From contig CAWDSQ010000014.1 in the NCBI GenBank assembly GCA_963804955.1, positions 160,001-224,000 of the forward strand: DNA of 64,000 nt, in the 5' to 3' direction. The notes beneath the pieces were generated by a model. That model had not been told where the DNA came from. It searched no databases and saw only the letters and a list, made by a program, of their open reading frames with translations. The position numbers and the translations under genes were made by a program. Below, piece after piece: positions 1 through 12,077 of this stretch. Each line of letters opens with the position of its first letter. Position 1 is the first letter of the stretch. This stretch comes from an uncultured delta proteobacterium (lineage in GTDB: Bacteria; Desulfobacterota; WTBG01; CAIYCZ01; CAIRTM01).

Positions 1-2
1 TG

Positions 3-1334
3 GCAAAAAAAGCCGTCGAAGCCGGACTGAGCGCAAAGCCCTGGGTCAAGACCAGCCTTGCCCCAGGCTCGGTCGTGGTGACGCAGTATCTTAAAGAGTC
101 AGGGCTTCTGCCCTATCTTGAAAAGCTCGGATTTCATGTGGCGGGCTATGGCTGCGCCACCTGCATCGGCAACAGCGGCCCCATTGCCGAAGGGCTGGAA
201 AAAGCAATCCATGACAATAAACTTGTGGCTGCCTGCGTAGTGTCCGGCAACCGCAATTTTGAAGGCCGCGTGCACCCCAGCGTCAGGGCGGCATTTCTGG
301 CATCCCCGCCGCTGGTGATTGCCTATGCCCTTGCCGGCACCGTTGACATCGACCTTGCGCGCGATCCTCTGGGCATTAATGCCGAAGGCCGGCAGGTCTA
401 CTTCAAAGATATCTGGCCGGCAGACGATGAAATCGCAGGGCTTCTTCACCATGCCCTGAACGCCGGCATATACAAAAAAACCTACGGGGAAATTGAGCAG
501 GCAAACAGCCTCTGGAACAGCCTTGCAGGCTGTGAGGGCGAGCTGTTTGCCTGGCAGCCCTCCAGCACCTATATTCAGGAGCCGCCTTATTTTATCGGCA
601 TGGCACAAGCTCCTGCACCCATCACGGCCATTACAGGTGCCCGCGTTCTTGCCCTGCTCGGCCACAGCATCACGACAGACCATATAAGCCCGGCAGGCTC
701 TATCGCAAAAACAAGCCCTGCGGCCGGCTATCTCATGGAACATGGCGTACAGCCCGTTGACTTCAATTCCTATGGCAGCCGCCGGGGCAATCATCATGTC
801 ATGGTACGCGGCACGCTGGCCAATATCCGGCTGAAAAACGAGCTTGCCGCAGGCGCCGAAGGCGGCCTGACGGCACATCTGCCGGAAGGCCGGATCATGA
901 GCATTTTCGAGGCTTCCGCGCAGTATATCGCCGCCGGCATACCGACCATCATTATCGCGGGCCGAGACTACGGCATGGGCAGCAGCCGCGACTGGGCTGC
1001 CAAGGGCACGCAGCTGCTGGGCGTGCGGGCGGTCATCGCCGAATCATATGAGCGCATCCACCGCAGCAATCTTGTGGGCATGGGCGTGCTGCCCCTGCAG
1101 TTTCTGCCGGGCGAAAACGCCCGCAGCCTTGGTCTCACGGGCCGTGAAACCTATACTCTGACTCTATCCGAGACCCTCCCGCCTGGAGAAAAAATAACGG
1201 TGGAAGCGCGCAGCGACAATGGGGAGGTGAAATGCTTCAGCGTACTCAGCCGCCTTGACACCCCCATCGAAATCGACTACTACCGCCACGGCGGCATACT
1301 GCCCCGCGTTCTGAGGTCATTTATCAAAGCTTAA
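3..1334 (+). CDS. acnA: Aconitate hydratase A, C-terminal part (5' end outside window)
   Basis: Frame open from the window start (AKKAVEAGLSAKPWVKTSLAPGS). AcnA motifs GYGCATCIGNSG, SGNRNFEGRVHP, ITTDHISPAG, YGMGSSRDWAAKG, ESYERIHRSNL. Confidence 0.97.
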   Translation, partial: AKKAVEAGLSAKPWVKTSLAPGSVVVTQYLKESGLLPYLEKLGFHVAGYGCATCIGNSGPIAEGLEKAIHDNKLVAACVVSGNRNFEGRVHPSVRAAFLASPPLVIAYALAGTVDIDLARDPLGINAEGRQVYFKDIWPADDEIAGLLHHALNAGIYKKTYGEIEQANSLWNSLAGCEGELFAWQPSSTYIQEPPYFIGMAQAPAPITAITGARVLALLGHSITTDHISPAGSIAKTSPAAGYLMEHGVQPVDFNSYGSRRGNHHVMVRGTLANIRLKNELAAGAEGGLTAHLPEGRIMSIFEASAQYIAAGIPTIIIAGRDYGMGSSRDWAAKGTQLLGVRAVIAESYERIHRSNLVGMGVLPLQFLPGENARSLGLTGRETYTLTLSETLPPGEKITVEARSDNGEVKCFSVLSRLDTPIEIDYYRHGGILPRVLRSFIKA

Positions 1335-1490
1335 GGCCGTTTGCATGGGTTCTACTAATACTGTTCGGGGTGGGCGGGCAGGCATATCGATCATCCGGCT
1401 TTTGTGACTGCCCATGTCCTGCCGGGAGATGCATCGCGTTTTCAGCTGCTGAAGCGGTTTCTGAAAAAAGACTTTATACATCCAATCCTC

Positions 1491-4400
1491 TCAGGTACAT
1501 TTCAGGCAATTGATGCCCGCAAGCGGAATGCTCCGGTCAACAGGGCCGCAGAGAAAGCTGTGCAGCAGAACCTGCTGCTGCCCCAGGCAGAACTGTTCCC
1601 GCAGCCCCTCAAAACGCATGGCTCCTATGGGGCATACGCCCATGCCGGATTCGGCCTGATGGTCCATGAGCACCTGGCCGATACAGCCCGCCTCGATCAT
1701 GGCAAGCTGGGGCCCCTGGCTGCCAAAAAGCGGCTCCAGCCTGCTTAGATCAGCTATGCAGAAAATGCTGAATCCTGCTTCGGCGAAATACGAGCGGTTG
1801 CGGGGGAAATGAGCCTGGCGCAGCTCAGCTGCGCCAGCAGCGCTTATCCGGCGCAGCGTGTGGACCGCCTGATCATACAGATAGATGACCTTCCGGCACC
1901 TGTTCGACCGCCCCGGGCTGAATATGTACATACACCTGTACGGCATAAGCGCCTGAGGCCGACTCGTACAGGGCCGCATACCCGCCGTCCTGAGGCACAA
2001 GCCGCAGCAGGGCCATGAATTTTGAAAAAGCGGCAAATGCTGCGGGCCGTCGGGCAAAGCTTCGCTGCGTTGAGCGCAGCATATACTGATTATGCAGAAA
2101 GCCGGCCGGCTGCAGCGATAGCGTTTTCTGCGGCCGGAGAAATTTCCGGAGATGCGGCTGCGAGAGATGCAGCTCTTCATGCTGCTGCGGCGTTAAAACA
2201 TTGAGGCAGTCAAGAGCGCCGACAGCGACAGCCCGCAGGCAGGCCCAGTCCGGGGCAGGCCCTGTAAAATGATCGGTAAGATTGCCCTGAAAAATATCGG
2301 CAGGGCTGCCGGCGCTTTCGGCACTGCTGTCCGGCAGGCCGCCGGCCAGGCAGGCCATGAAAAGATGGGTTTCCTCAAGCTCAAAAAGATGCCGCACGCT
2401 GCCGAAATCCGTCCCGGCAAGCGGGCACAGCCCCAGTCCTGCAGCGTCCTGCCTGCTCATGAGCAGCTGCTGCATATAGCCTGCATCAAGCAGAGCGAGA
2501 GCCGGGCTCAGGCAGTCATAAACCGGTCGAAGCGCCGCCAGCTGCGCAATGAAAAATATGCAGAATCCGGCTTTTTCAAATACCGGCCGGTTGGCAGGAT
2601 GCATAATCTCCTGCGGTATGGCACCTTCGCCAACTGCCATGAGCTGATGCGTTGCGGGATGATAGTAATAAATTCCCGCCGGCACAGCCTCGACGCGGCC
2701 CGCTTTAACATAGACATAGGTCTGCACGGCATTGAGCCCGCCGGCAGAGGGGTAAAGATATTTCGGCTCGCCGCTCACGGTTTCCTGCTTGAGAAGCCCC
2801 AGCAGCCGGCTCAGGTTGCGCAGCGGCACAGGGTCTGCTGCAAAGCTGCGGCAGCAGGCACGGCTTGAGTATTCCTGCGGGGCAAAGGATACCGGCTCAA
2901 GGGCAATGACTGCCGCTCCGGACGGAGCTGCAGTCGGCCGGGTCGAACTATGTCCGGAAGCCGGCAGCACAGCTTCCACGGTCAAGGGGTTTACCGCGGG
3001 CAGCATGTCTTGCAGATACTGCGCCAGACTGCGCAGGGTCGTATGATCCAAAAAAACCTCAACCGGCACATCAATGCCGTGCTGCTCATGCAGCAGCTCG
3101 GCTATTTCGATAAGGTTAAGCGAGGTGACGCCCAGATCGAAAAAGTCCGCGTCCGGCGCTATTGAGGCGATGCGGAGCACTGATGTAAAAGCAGAGGCAA
3201 GAAAGTTCTGCTCCGCCGGTACTGATGCGACGGCAGTCTGAGCCTGCAGCACAGCAGCTGCTGAGCGTGGGGGGGCGCCGGGGGAGGAGGAGTCCCGGCG
3301 CCCACAGTTATCCGGCTTTCGGCGAATATCTGCCGCACCCGCGCTGTAACCTCGTCAAGCATGGCACTGTCGGTAAACGCCTCGACAGGCAGCACAATCT
3401 GTATTTTTCTGAGCATATCCTGAACAGCCGCAGCTTTGGCCGCCGGCGCGGCGCAACAGGCTACCGCAGCCTGTTGCGGGACGCAGGGCTCCTGAACCGG
3501 CAGCTGCCCGGCAGGGGGTGCGACCGTGGAGACGGGCAGCTGCACCCCTATAGCTGCTGCAAGGGCGGCAATGCTGGAATGGTCCAGAAAGGTTTCAACC
3601 GTCACATCCAGGCCGTGCTCTTCGTGCAGCCGCTCGGCAATCTGTATGAGGTTGAGCGACGTGACACCCAGATCAAAGAAATCGACTGTCGGCGCGATCA
3701 CGGTCACACCGAGAACTTCCCTGAAATACGCGCTCAGGACGGCAATCAGATCAACCTGCGAAGCATGCTGCGCTTCCGGCGGGGCCTGCTCCTGCGCCGC
3801 TGCCGCCTCGTTTATGGGCCAGGGCAGCTTCTTGCGGTCAAACTTGCCGTTTGCGGTAACCGGCAGATATTCAAGCGAGCACAAATATATTCGGCACCAT
3901 ATAGTCCGGCAGAAAGCGGCCGGCAAAGCTGCGCAAGTCTTTTGACGGCGGCAGTGGAGTGTCGGCCGCTGTCAAATACGCGACCAGCTTCTGATCGCCG
4001 GCAGCGCCCTGCTGCACCGCTACCACAGCCTCTTTTATTGCGTCGTGGCGCCGCAGCACCTGCTCGATTTCGCCGAGCTCGATGCGGTAGCCCCGCACCT
4101 TGACCTGAAAATCGCTGCGGCCGAGAAACTCCATGGTTCCGTCGGCAAAAAACCGCGCAAGATCGCCCGTGCGGTACATGCGTTTGTCAGGGCCCTTTTG
4201 GAAAGGGTCGGCGACAAAGCTGCGGCCGGTCAGCTCCGGCTCATTCAAATAGCCCATGCTCAGGCACTCTCCTGCAATATAGAGATTGCCGGTAACCCCC
4301 GGCGGGCAGACCTGCAAGTGCTCATCCAGAATATAGTAGCGGCTGTTCTGTATGGGCCTTCCGTAGGGAATGCTGCGCCACTGCGGCTCGACGCGGTTGA

Positions 4401-7050
4401 CGGGAAAGTAATTGGACCACACCGTTGCCTCGGTCGCTCCGCCAAGGCTCATCACCTGTGCTGCAGGAAAAATCTCCCGTAGATCATCGGGCAGGCTTAC
4501 CGGAATCCAGTCGCCGCTTAAAAATATCTGCCGCAGCTTAGTATTGGCAACAGGCCTCGGCTGCGCCTTCAGCGCCGGCACCAGCAGCTGCAGGGCTGCG
4601 GGCGCTGAATCCCAGAAAGTAATCTCCTGCGAGCAGAGGGCGCGGGCCAGCCGGGAGGCATCCCTGCGGAGGGCATCGCTTGCAATATAAATCCTGCCGC
4701 CGCAGCCAAGCATGCCGAAAATATCAAAAACCGACAGATCAAACCCGAGCGATGTGATAAACAGCACGCTGTCGTCAGGGCCGAATCCGCAGCTGCGGCA
4801 GCACCATTCAAACAGATTGGCAAACGGCTTATGCGCCACCATGACCCCTTTGGGAGCGCCCGTGCTGCCGGAAGTATAAATAACATAGGCAAGATCATCG
4901 GGGCGGTTCACGCGCGGCGGATTGCCGGTTTTTTGCGCGGCAATGACGCTGCTGGCAGCACCGTCGATACTGACAGTCTTCACGCCGGCATGCAGGCTGA
5001 GCCGGGCATGCCTCTCCTGCGACACGATCACCTTGACCCCTGCGCTGCGCACAATCGCCTGAATACGCTCTATCGGGTAGGAGGGCTCAAGAGGCACATA
5101 GGCGCCGCCGGCTTTAAGAATCGCAAGCAGTGCGGCAATCATATCATGAGAGCGGTCAAGACAAATGCCAACCAGAGAGCCGCTGCCGACGCCCTGCTGC
5201 CTGAGATGCCAGGCCAGAGCATTTGCGCGCCTGTTGAGCTCGCCATAAGAAAGGCTCGTGTCTTCATAAACAATTGCCGTACTTTGGGGCCGAACCTCCG
5301 CCTGGCGCTCAAACAGCTCATGCATGCAGACATCCCCGGCAAAGGGGGCAGCGGTCGCATTCCACGCTTCTATAATCCTGCGCTTTTCCGCTTCCGAGGC
5401 AAGCGGCAGCCGGTCAATCGGCTGATGCATGCTGCCTGCGGCGGCATGCAAAAAAACTGTCAGCTGATTTTTAAGGCTTTCGCCATAGGCCGCATCAACC
5501 ATAGCGGTATTAATGCGCAGCCGGCAGGAGCCGTCATCGGCAATCAGCAGCTCAAGGGCTGCACCGCCGGCAGGCGGCAGGCTTGAAAAATCCCGCAGAT
5601 GCCGGACCCGCACAGGCATGCTCCGGCCCGCCTGCTCCCGCAAATCGGGCTGGCGGGCGATCAGGTCGCGGGGAAAGGTGCCCGAGCGTTCAATGGCTGA
5701 GAGTTTTTCAACAGCAGCCCGGCAGCATTCCTCAAGCGGCCTGCGGGCGTCAACCGTCAGGCGCAGGGGTACACAGTCGGCAAAAAAACCTTCCAGGCCT
5801 TTAATGCTTTCCGTAAGCTTGGCCTGCCCGAAGCCCACATGAATCTCGGTTGCTCCCGAATGCCTGGCAAGAAAGGCGAAAAAGAAGGCGGCCATAAGCT
5901 GCCAGGGCTTTGCCGCGGGCACAAGCAGCAAAGCCGCCCGCAGCAGCTCCGGCTGCAGCTGCAAAGAAAAAAGCTCCTCCCCCGTGGGCTCGGCGCCCCG
6001 GCCATGCAGGCGCATGTCAGGCAGCGTCAGCGGCTGCAGGCCTCGAAGCTGTTCATGCCAGAACGGTTCATGACGGCAGGTAAAGTTATACAGCTCTGTC
6101 AGGCTATCGGCAAGCCCCGCATCGGGCTCGGTAAACCGGTAGCCGGGCCTGATGCCGCAGTCACGCTCCAGCTGCACGGCATCACAGGCGCAGCCTTCGA
6201 TTGTCGCAAGGCCGGAAAGGCGCATGTCGTGGCTGGCCGTTGCAACCGTGATGCCGTCCGCATCTGCCGCCAGCACTGTGCCGGGCGCAGCAGGTGAACT
6301 GGTGGCAAGCGCACTCAGCTTCTTTACAATGAAAAAATTGCCCCGCGCACAGATCTTCGGCACCCCGAGGGCGTTCGGGTAGGGGCCGAAATCAAGGCTG
6401 CGGACAAAAGCGTCAATTTCCTCTGCGGTGCGGTTCCAGGGAATCATGCAGCCGCGCACAGGCCGCCGGTAGCGGGCGAAATATGTGCGCTGGGAGAGAT
6501 TTTGCGGCATTTCGGCTGCGCCGCCCGCTGCCAGCTCATCGACCAGCTCCCCGAACGCTTCAAGGGCTTTCTGATAGCAGCGCATATTCAAGCTCAGCGC
6601 TGTATCTGCTGGCGACACGCTGAGCGTCTTCTGCTTGAGCACGCCTCCGGCATCTATTTTCGGAGCCATCACATGCCAGGTTATGCCATGGGTCTGCTCG
6701 CGGTTCATGATGGCCCAGGAGGTGGCATGTATGCCGCCATAGCGCGGCAGGGGCGCGTCGTGAAAATTGATGGCCATGCGGCGCGGAAGCGCCAGAACTT
6801 CGGGGGGCAGCACGGCATTGTTGACGATGCTGAACAGGTAGTCGCAGGGTCTGGCGCGCATAAAACCGTTTAAAGCCCCGGTAGGCTCATCCCAGGGTAT
6901 GCACCTGCTCTCTGCCCAGGCCCGTATGTCGGGGTTGGGGGATAGTATGCCGAGAATGCTATGCCCCCGCTCAAGCAGCTTTTCGCAGCACTGCAGGGTA
7001 AGGGTTGTTTCTCCTATCACATAGCAGCTGAAAGTACTTTTTGGGGTCAT
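1491..7050 (-). CDS. NRPS-like protein: formyltransferase - partial condensation-like segment - adenylation (Cys-type) - PCP - PCP - oxidase - oxidase; split into 4 ORFs by frameshifts near 3880, 3250 and 1885
   Basis: F domain INFHDAPLPRYGG...HGITWH...IDAG. A-domain motifs YTSGSTGAPKGV, FDLSVFD, LSGDWIP, SLGGATEATVWS, YRTGDL, QVKVRGYRIELGEIE, with A10 LPVTANGKFDR in the next frame. Two DFFDLGVTSL carrier motifs. Two SagB/nitroreductase-type Ox domains (KYLYPSAGGL; ALYESASGAY). Confidence 0.85.
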
Positions 7051-7068
7051 TGCATACTCATACAGAGG

Positions 7069-8064
7069 TCAGTGAATGTCAGCAGGCCCGAGACCTATAC
7101 AATCAAGGGCTCGTGCAATATCGTTCCGGGTTATCGGTGTTTCTATAATTTCAAGAGCGCGCTGCCGTGTCATTTCGCCGCGGCGCACCAGCATGCTTAT
7201 TTCCGCCTCATGCTGTGAATAGCCGAACCACTCCAGCGCGAGCTTCTGGCACACGAAATTAAACAGACAGTTTGTCGAGCCTGCGGGCCAGCTGATCTCG
7301 GGCAGGGCATATCCCATATCATGGGTGATGGTCGCAAGTATGTCCGACTCTTCATAGTCCAGATAGTGAAACGGCGACAGGAGCGTCAAAGAGCCGAAGC
7401 GGCGGTGAAAATACAGGGTCAGGCTGGCAAACATCTCGGCGACGAGAGAAAATTCGGGCTTGTCTTTGACCGCCTCCAGCAATGCCGCATCAGAGGCGCG
7501 ATATATCCAGAACAGCTCCGTGCCCTTTAAAAATTCCTGCCCCTTGGTATGGCCGCTGATGAGCAGCTTTATGCCATGCTGCAGCGCAAACTGACGGATA
7601 TAATAGTCGATCAGAGCATTGCAAATGCGGCAGAAATACACCCTGCTGCCCGTTTTCAACAAATGCCGGAACAGATCCTTAATAAGGCGCGGCTTGAACG
7701 TCAGCAGATCAACACCAAGGCTGTCTGTTGCGTTTTTAACATTGCGGTACATGGCCTCAACGCAGAATCCGTTGTCGATAAAAACGGCAAGGGGCTTCAG
7801 GCCGAGCTGCTTCACAGCGATATGCAGCGACATGGTGCTGTCCTTGCCGCCGGACAGGGCGACAAGGCAATCATACGGCCCCGTGCTCGCGCCGCGCAGC
7901 GCATCGACTTTTTCCAAAAGCTCGGGCAGGCCTGCTGCCGCTGCCGGCGATTGCCCGGCCCCTGCATCGCGATGTTTTGCGCACAAATTGCACAGACCGC
8001 TTGCATCAAGCTCTATATGGCCCTCAACTTCCGGCATGATGCAGTGCGTGCATCTGTTGGGCAT
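7069..8064 (-). CDS. N-type ATP pyrophosphatase (PP-loop) protein, OzmP / N-acetyl-sugar amidotransferase-like
   Basis: N-terminal CTHC...CNLC, YDCLVALSGGKDS PP-loop, FIDNGF, FCRIC, STNC. Ends 18 bp upstream of the NRPS on the same strand. Confidence 0.85.
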   Translation of the reverse strand: MPNRCTHCIMPEVEGHIELDASGLCNLCAKHRDAGAGQSPAAAAGLPELLEKVDALRGASTGPYDCLVALSGGKDSTMSLHIAVKQLGLKPLAVFIDNGFCVEAMYRNVKNATDSLGVDLLTFKPRLIKDLFRHLLKTGSRVYFCRICNALIDYYIRQFALQHGIKLLISGHTKGQEFLKGTELFWIYRASDAALLEAVKDKPEFSLVAEMFASLTLYFHRRFGSLTLLSPFHYLDYEESDILATITHDMGYALPEISWPAGSTNCLFNFVCQKLALEWFGYSQHEAEISMLVRRGEMTRQRALEIIETPITRNDIARALDCIGLGPADIH

Positions 8065-8141
8065 AGTACTCCTTTGAAATGCGGTCTCCGTGTTCTGTTC
8101 CGGACTTTCAAACTATCCAGGTCTACTCAACTTTAAGGCAT

Positions 8142-8184
8142 AGCCGTGCAGGTGCCTCCCGTTACGGGAGGCATCTGCACGGCT
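8142..8184. terminator. Long GC-rich hairpin between the PQQ-repeat gene and the NRPS operon
   Basis: AGCCGTGCAGGTGCCTCCCG-TTA-CGGGAGGCATCTGCACGGCT, near-perfect inverted repeat. Confidence 0.6.
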
Positions 8185-8191
8185 TTAGTGT

Positions 8192-10132
8192 TTAGTTTAC
8201 ACTGAGGCCTATCACAGGCACACAAGCCTTCAGCAGGTATTTTGCCGCGCTCCCGGCTGCAGGATACCTGCCGCAGAACTCACCCATCTGGTCGCCATAG
8301 GTATAATACAGGTTGATGAACTTTTTCCCCACGCTGCTTTTTGCCAGCACCCGGTCGCGGAACAGGCGCAGGGTGTTAAGATCCTCATCATGCTTGCCCA
8401 GCATTCTCTTTGCGATGCAGGAGCCCTGGCGCGTGCCGGTGCGGGCGGTATTGCCCCGGAACATGGTCCAGGCGGCATCCTCATCATCGGGGGCATGCAG
8501 GCAGTAGACATTATTGTCCTGGCTGCCGACATACACGAGACCATGGGCCACGGCAGGCGAGGAAAAAATCGCGCCGCCTGTTTTATAATGCCAGATCAAG
8601 GTGCCCATTTCCACATCAAGGCAGTAGACATTGCCGTCAAAGCTGCCGATATAGAGATAGTCACTGGTAGTGGCAGGAGAGGAATGGACATCGAAACCGG
8701 TAGCAAACTCCCAGATTTTCTCTCCGGTCACCGTGTCCAGGCAGTACACCTTGCCGTCAAGGCTGGCAAAATACACAAAGCCTTTTGAAACAGCCGCCGA
8801 ATTATACACTATGTCGCCCGTGAGGAAATCCCATTGTTTAATGCCCGTTTCAGCGTCGATGCAGTAAAATTTGCCGTCCTTGCTGCCGACATACACATAC
8901 CCGTCCACAACCGCCGGCGACGGGGGAATATCACCCTCGGTTTGAAAATGCCAAAGCTTATCCCCTGTTTTCGCATCCAGGCAGTATAGCTTGTAATCAA
9001 CCCCGCCTACATACACGCGGCCGTCGGCAACGGCCGGGGTTGAGAAAACGTCCTGATCGGTCTGAAAATCCCACTGCTTGATGCCGGTTTCGGCGTCAAC
9101 GCAATAGACTTTGTCGTCAAAGCTCCCCACATAGACAAGGCCGTCGGCAATGGCCGGCGAGGACTGAATATTGTCGCCGGTCTCAAACTCCCAGACCTTC
9201 TCGCCCGTGGCGGCGTTCAGGCGATACAGCTTATGGTCGGCGCTGCCCACATACAGGGCATCGCCCGCTATCAGGGGGCTTGAAAGCACGCTATTGCCTG
9301 TCTGATAGCCCCAGACTTTCTCGCCCGTCTTTCTGTTCAGGCAATACACATAATTATCTGCACTGCCGATATACACATAATCGCCTTCAATGGCCGGCGA
9401 TGAGGTAATGATGCCGCCAGTATTAAAGGTCCATGCCAGACGCTCAGGGTCGCCTGCTCCTCTGATTTCCAAAGTACAGAGTGTTGTGATCGAGCCCGTG
9501 GCTGTCGTGACCGTACATTGCTGGTCCGAGGCATTGTCGGCCACCGAAATAATGGCCCTGATCTTCGTGGCATTATCGACCGTTATGCCGGCAACAGTAA
9601 TATCCGTGCAGCCGAAGGCAACTGTGGTGGTATTGTCAAATGAAGTTTCCTTACCGTTGATAATAAGCTCCACCAGGTTTCACCTCCGGTTACATAGGTG
9701 GGCTCCACACCGCCGCACCGGGGCCCGGACACGCGCTTCGTGCCGCTTTCAATATTATAATCGGTAAACAAGGTGCCGCTTACAAAAGACTCCCCCATCA
9801 TCATCCATCTCCAGGATATGCTTGTCCATTTCTTCGCCCAGCCTGGTCCCTTCGGTATAGGCGAAAGATCCGGGTAAAAAGCTAACCTGAATGATCTGAC
9901 AGAACACAGTAGGGCCGCCCGCGGTCGGCGTGGTGGTTCCCTGGGCCTGGCACAGAATATTGCCGGATGTGCCGGTCACGATATTGGTTATAACCCACAC
10001 ATAGGTCGACCCGTCGGTTTTGGTCATGTCCCAGGTGCCCAGCCACACGTCACAGTCAGTTTCAGCGGCCGAAGCTCCGCTGCCGGCCCACAGCAGGCAC
10101 AGCGCCATCATTAGCAGTTGTAGTTTTTTCAT
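8192..10132 (-). CDS. Secreted PQQ-like (BamB-type) beta-propeller protein with a C-terminal CFI-box-CTERM-like domain; frameshifted around 9700-9800
   Basis: Signal peptide in ORF 9755-10132. Eight ~40-aa repeats W-x-F-x-T-G-x-x-I-x-SSPA-x4-VYVGS-x-D-x3-YCLD. Tail CIAKRMLG...LNTLRLFRDRVLAKSSVGKKFINLYY. Confidence 0.8.
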
Positions 10133-10162
10133 ATGCGTCTCCTTTGCTTCTATGGTTTACCC

Positions 10163-10922
10163 TTACAGCGACTCAAGAAATAAAACCGTCGCATCGACGA
10201 TCTGCGTCATCTGATTATCCCGGCTGATCGTGGCATCTTTATCAACAGGCTTATGGTCGCCCGTGTACCAGCCGAACTGCTGGTGATTGCCGCCGTCTAT
10301 GACCACATAGACCGTATCCGCCGGCAGCATGGCCCTGGATTTCTCGATGGTCTTCGGGGGATAAATGCCGTCATTGGTGGCCGAGATGGACAGGGCCTTC
10401 ACCTCCGTCTGATCAAGCTTGTTTTTATTGGAGGGATAGGATGCCCAGAGCACCACGGCGGCGATTTCCGGCAGATGCTCTTTTGCGAATTCGCAGGCTG
10501 CAATGCCGCCCATTGAGTGCCCGCCGATCGCCCAGGTGGATATGGCGGGAAAAGCTTCCATAACCACGGCGGCGCGCTCAGGAGCCCGCAGGGCCCAGTC
10601 CTCCGGCATTTTCACCAGCACCATCATGTACCCGGCGCGGGCAATTTCGCGGGCCATGGGCGCATAGGAGCGGGCATCGCAGTTTGCGCCGCCGTAAAAA
10701 ATCAGGGCCTGTTGACGCCGGCCCGGCTTTCGGCTGAAAAATATAATAGCTGTCATTGTCCCAGGCCGCTACCGGAACATGGCTGCACAGCACATCATTG
10801 TCGCTCTGCAGCGCGGCAAGCGCCTCGGGCAATGGTTTATGGCCTTCATCCGGCTTGCACGCCGCCATGCACAAAATGACAATTATCGGCAAATAAAGAT
10901 ATAAAAAGCTGTTGTGCTTCAT
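10163..10922 (-). CDS. Alpha/beta hydrolase lipoprotein (frameshift near 10715)
   Basis: Lipobox-like LCMAAC in ORF 10578-10922. GGHSMGG nucleophile elbow, Asp in NDG and His in GGNHQQFG in ORF 10163-10756. Confidence 0.85.
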
Positions 10923-11104
10923 ACGCGCTCACCCCGGTATACTGTTTTTATAACCTATCCCATTAGGGGGCTGGCCTGGCGTATTTCAGGCTGCGCCGGC
11001 AAAGGGCACTACCGGCATGTCGGCTTTTACCAGTGCGCTCGAAACCTGGAGCAAGACAGACCCCTAAGGGGATAAACTCCTGGAGCTTATTTTAAAAGCC
11101 CCAC

Positions 11105-11145
11105 ATTTGTCATCCTGAGTCCGCGGCGGACTCAGGATGACAAAT
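11105..11145. repeat. Perfect 20-bp palindrome, REP-like
   Basis: ATTTGTCATCCTGAGTCCGC-G-GCGGACTCAGGATGACAAAT, intergenic. Confidence 0.75.
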
Positions 11146-11208
11146 ACAGTATTTTTTCTTTTAAGGTTCGCTTTATAGTAGCGACGGCATGCCGCCACTG
11201 GGCCTTTT

Positions 11209-11839
11209 CTACTTACCCGCAGTGAATATGCCTATAAGGTTAAAGAACAGGCTAATGTAATCGCCCGCGCTTGGCGCCTCAATGCACAGAAATACTTCCA
11301 AAGCATTGGTGACAAAATCATAGGTTTCGATGCCCTTCAGCTTCGTGACCAGCGCTTCCCGGTCACCTGCGCCCCCTGCGTCATCAATAAGGCAGATCTG
11401 GTATTTGGTTTGCGCCGACATGATATCGGCGGCCTTGTTGGTTAAATTGATGACCATGCAGCCGGCGGAATTGCCTGAGGCCACTTCCTGTATCATCCCC
11501 ACGACAGCCATCGTCGTGCTGATGGTAGGGGAAATGGCGCATTTGGTGGCATTGTCAATGGCCTGAATCTCCTGCACATCGGCGGCATACTGCGCAACGG
11601 CAAGCTGCAGGTCCGCTTTGTTGTTTGCCAGCCCTGCAGCTAAAATATCATCCAGAAACTGTATCGTTATGGCGCTCAGCCCTGAATCATCCTCCGCGGA
11701 AATCTTCTGCTGCAGGCCTGTTATGCTACGCTGCATCAGTTTCTGACTGGAAAGACGGCTGCGCCGCATCTGCCAAAGCGGGCAAGGCTGCAAACAGAAA
11801 AAATGCTGCTGTCACGATTGCGCATACTCTTTTCACCAT
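11209..11839 (-). CDS. Secreted Cys-containing hypothetical protein (frameshifted near the 5' end)
   Basis: ATG at 11839 after an AGGAG RBS gives the signal peptide MVKRVCAIVTAAFFLFAALPALA. The body continues in ORF 11209-11793. Confidence 0.6.
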
Positions 11840-12077
11840 GTCTCACTCTCCTTCTTTTAGTGGTTAAACTCCCCCCTGCCATGGCTGACAGGTTCACGAA
11901 AGACACTATCCAAGAACATACTCTATTAAACAACCGGGAAGCAACAATATCCCAAAATAAAAGCTACGTCTTACGGATCCCCGCCTGCGGGCGCCGGGCA
12001 TGAGCGGCTGAAACCATCCCAGCAGCTGCACGCGCTTTTAATGCCGGAGCCGCCCCGAGGCGGCTCCGGATATTCTT

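Noticed and set aside
1491..3252. RiPP (TOMM/LAP) cluster suggested by SagB-type domains
   Set aside because: No YcaO or precursor peptide; the oxidases are fused to carrier domains of an NRPS.
8480..9440. ~120-bp periodic repeats that could suggest a CRISPR or tandem array
   Set aside because: They are degenerate in-frame coding repeats of the PQQ beta-propeller; there is no constant repeat with unique spacers and no cas genes.
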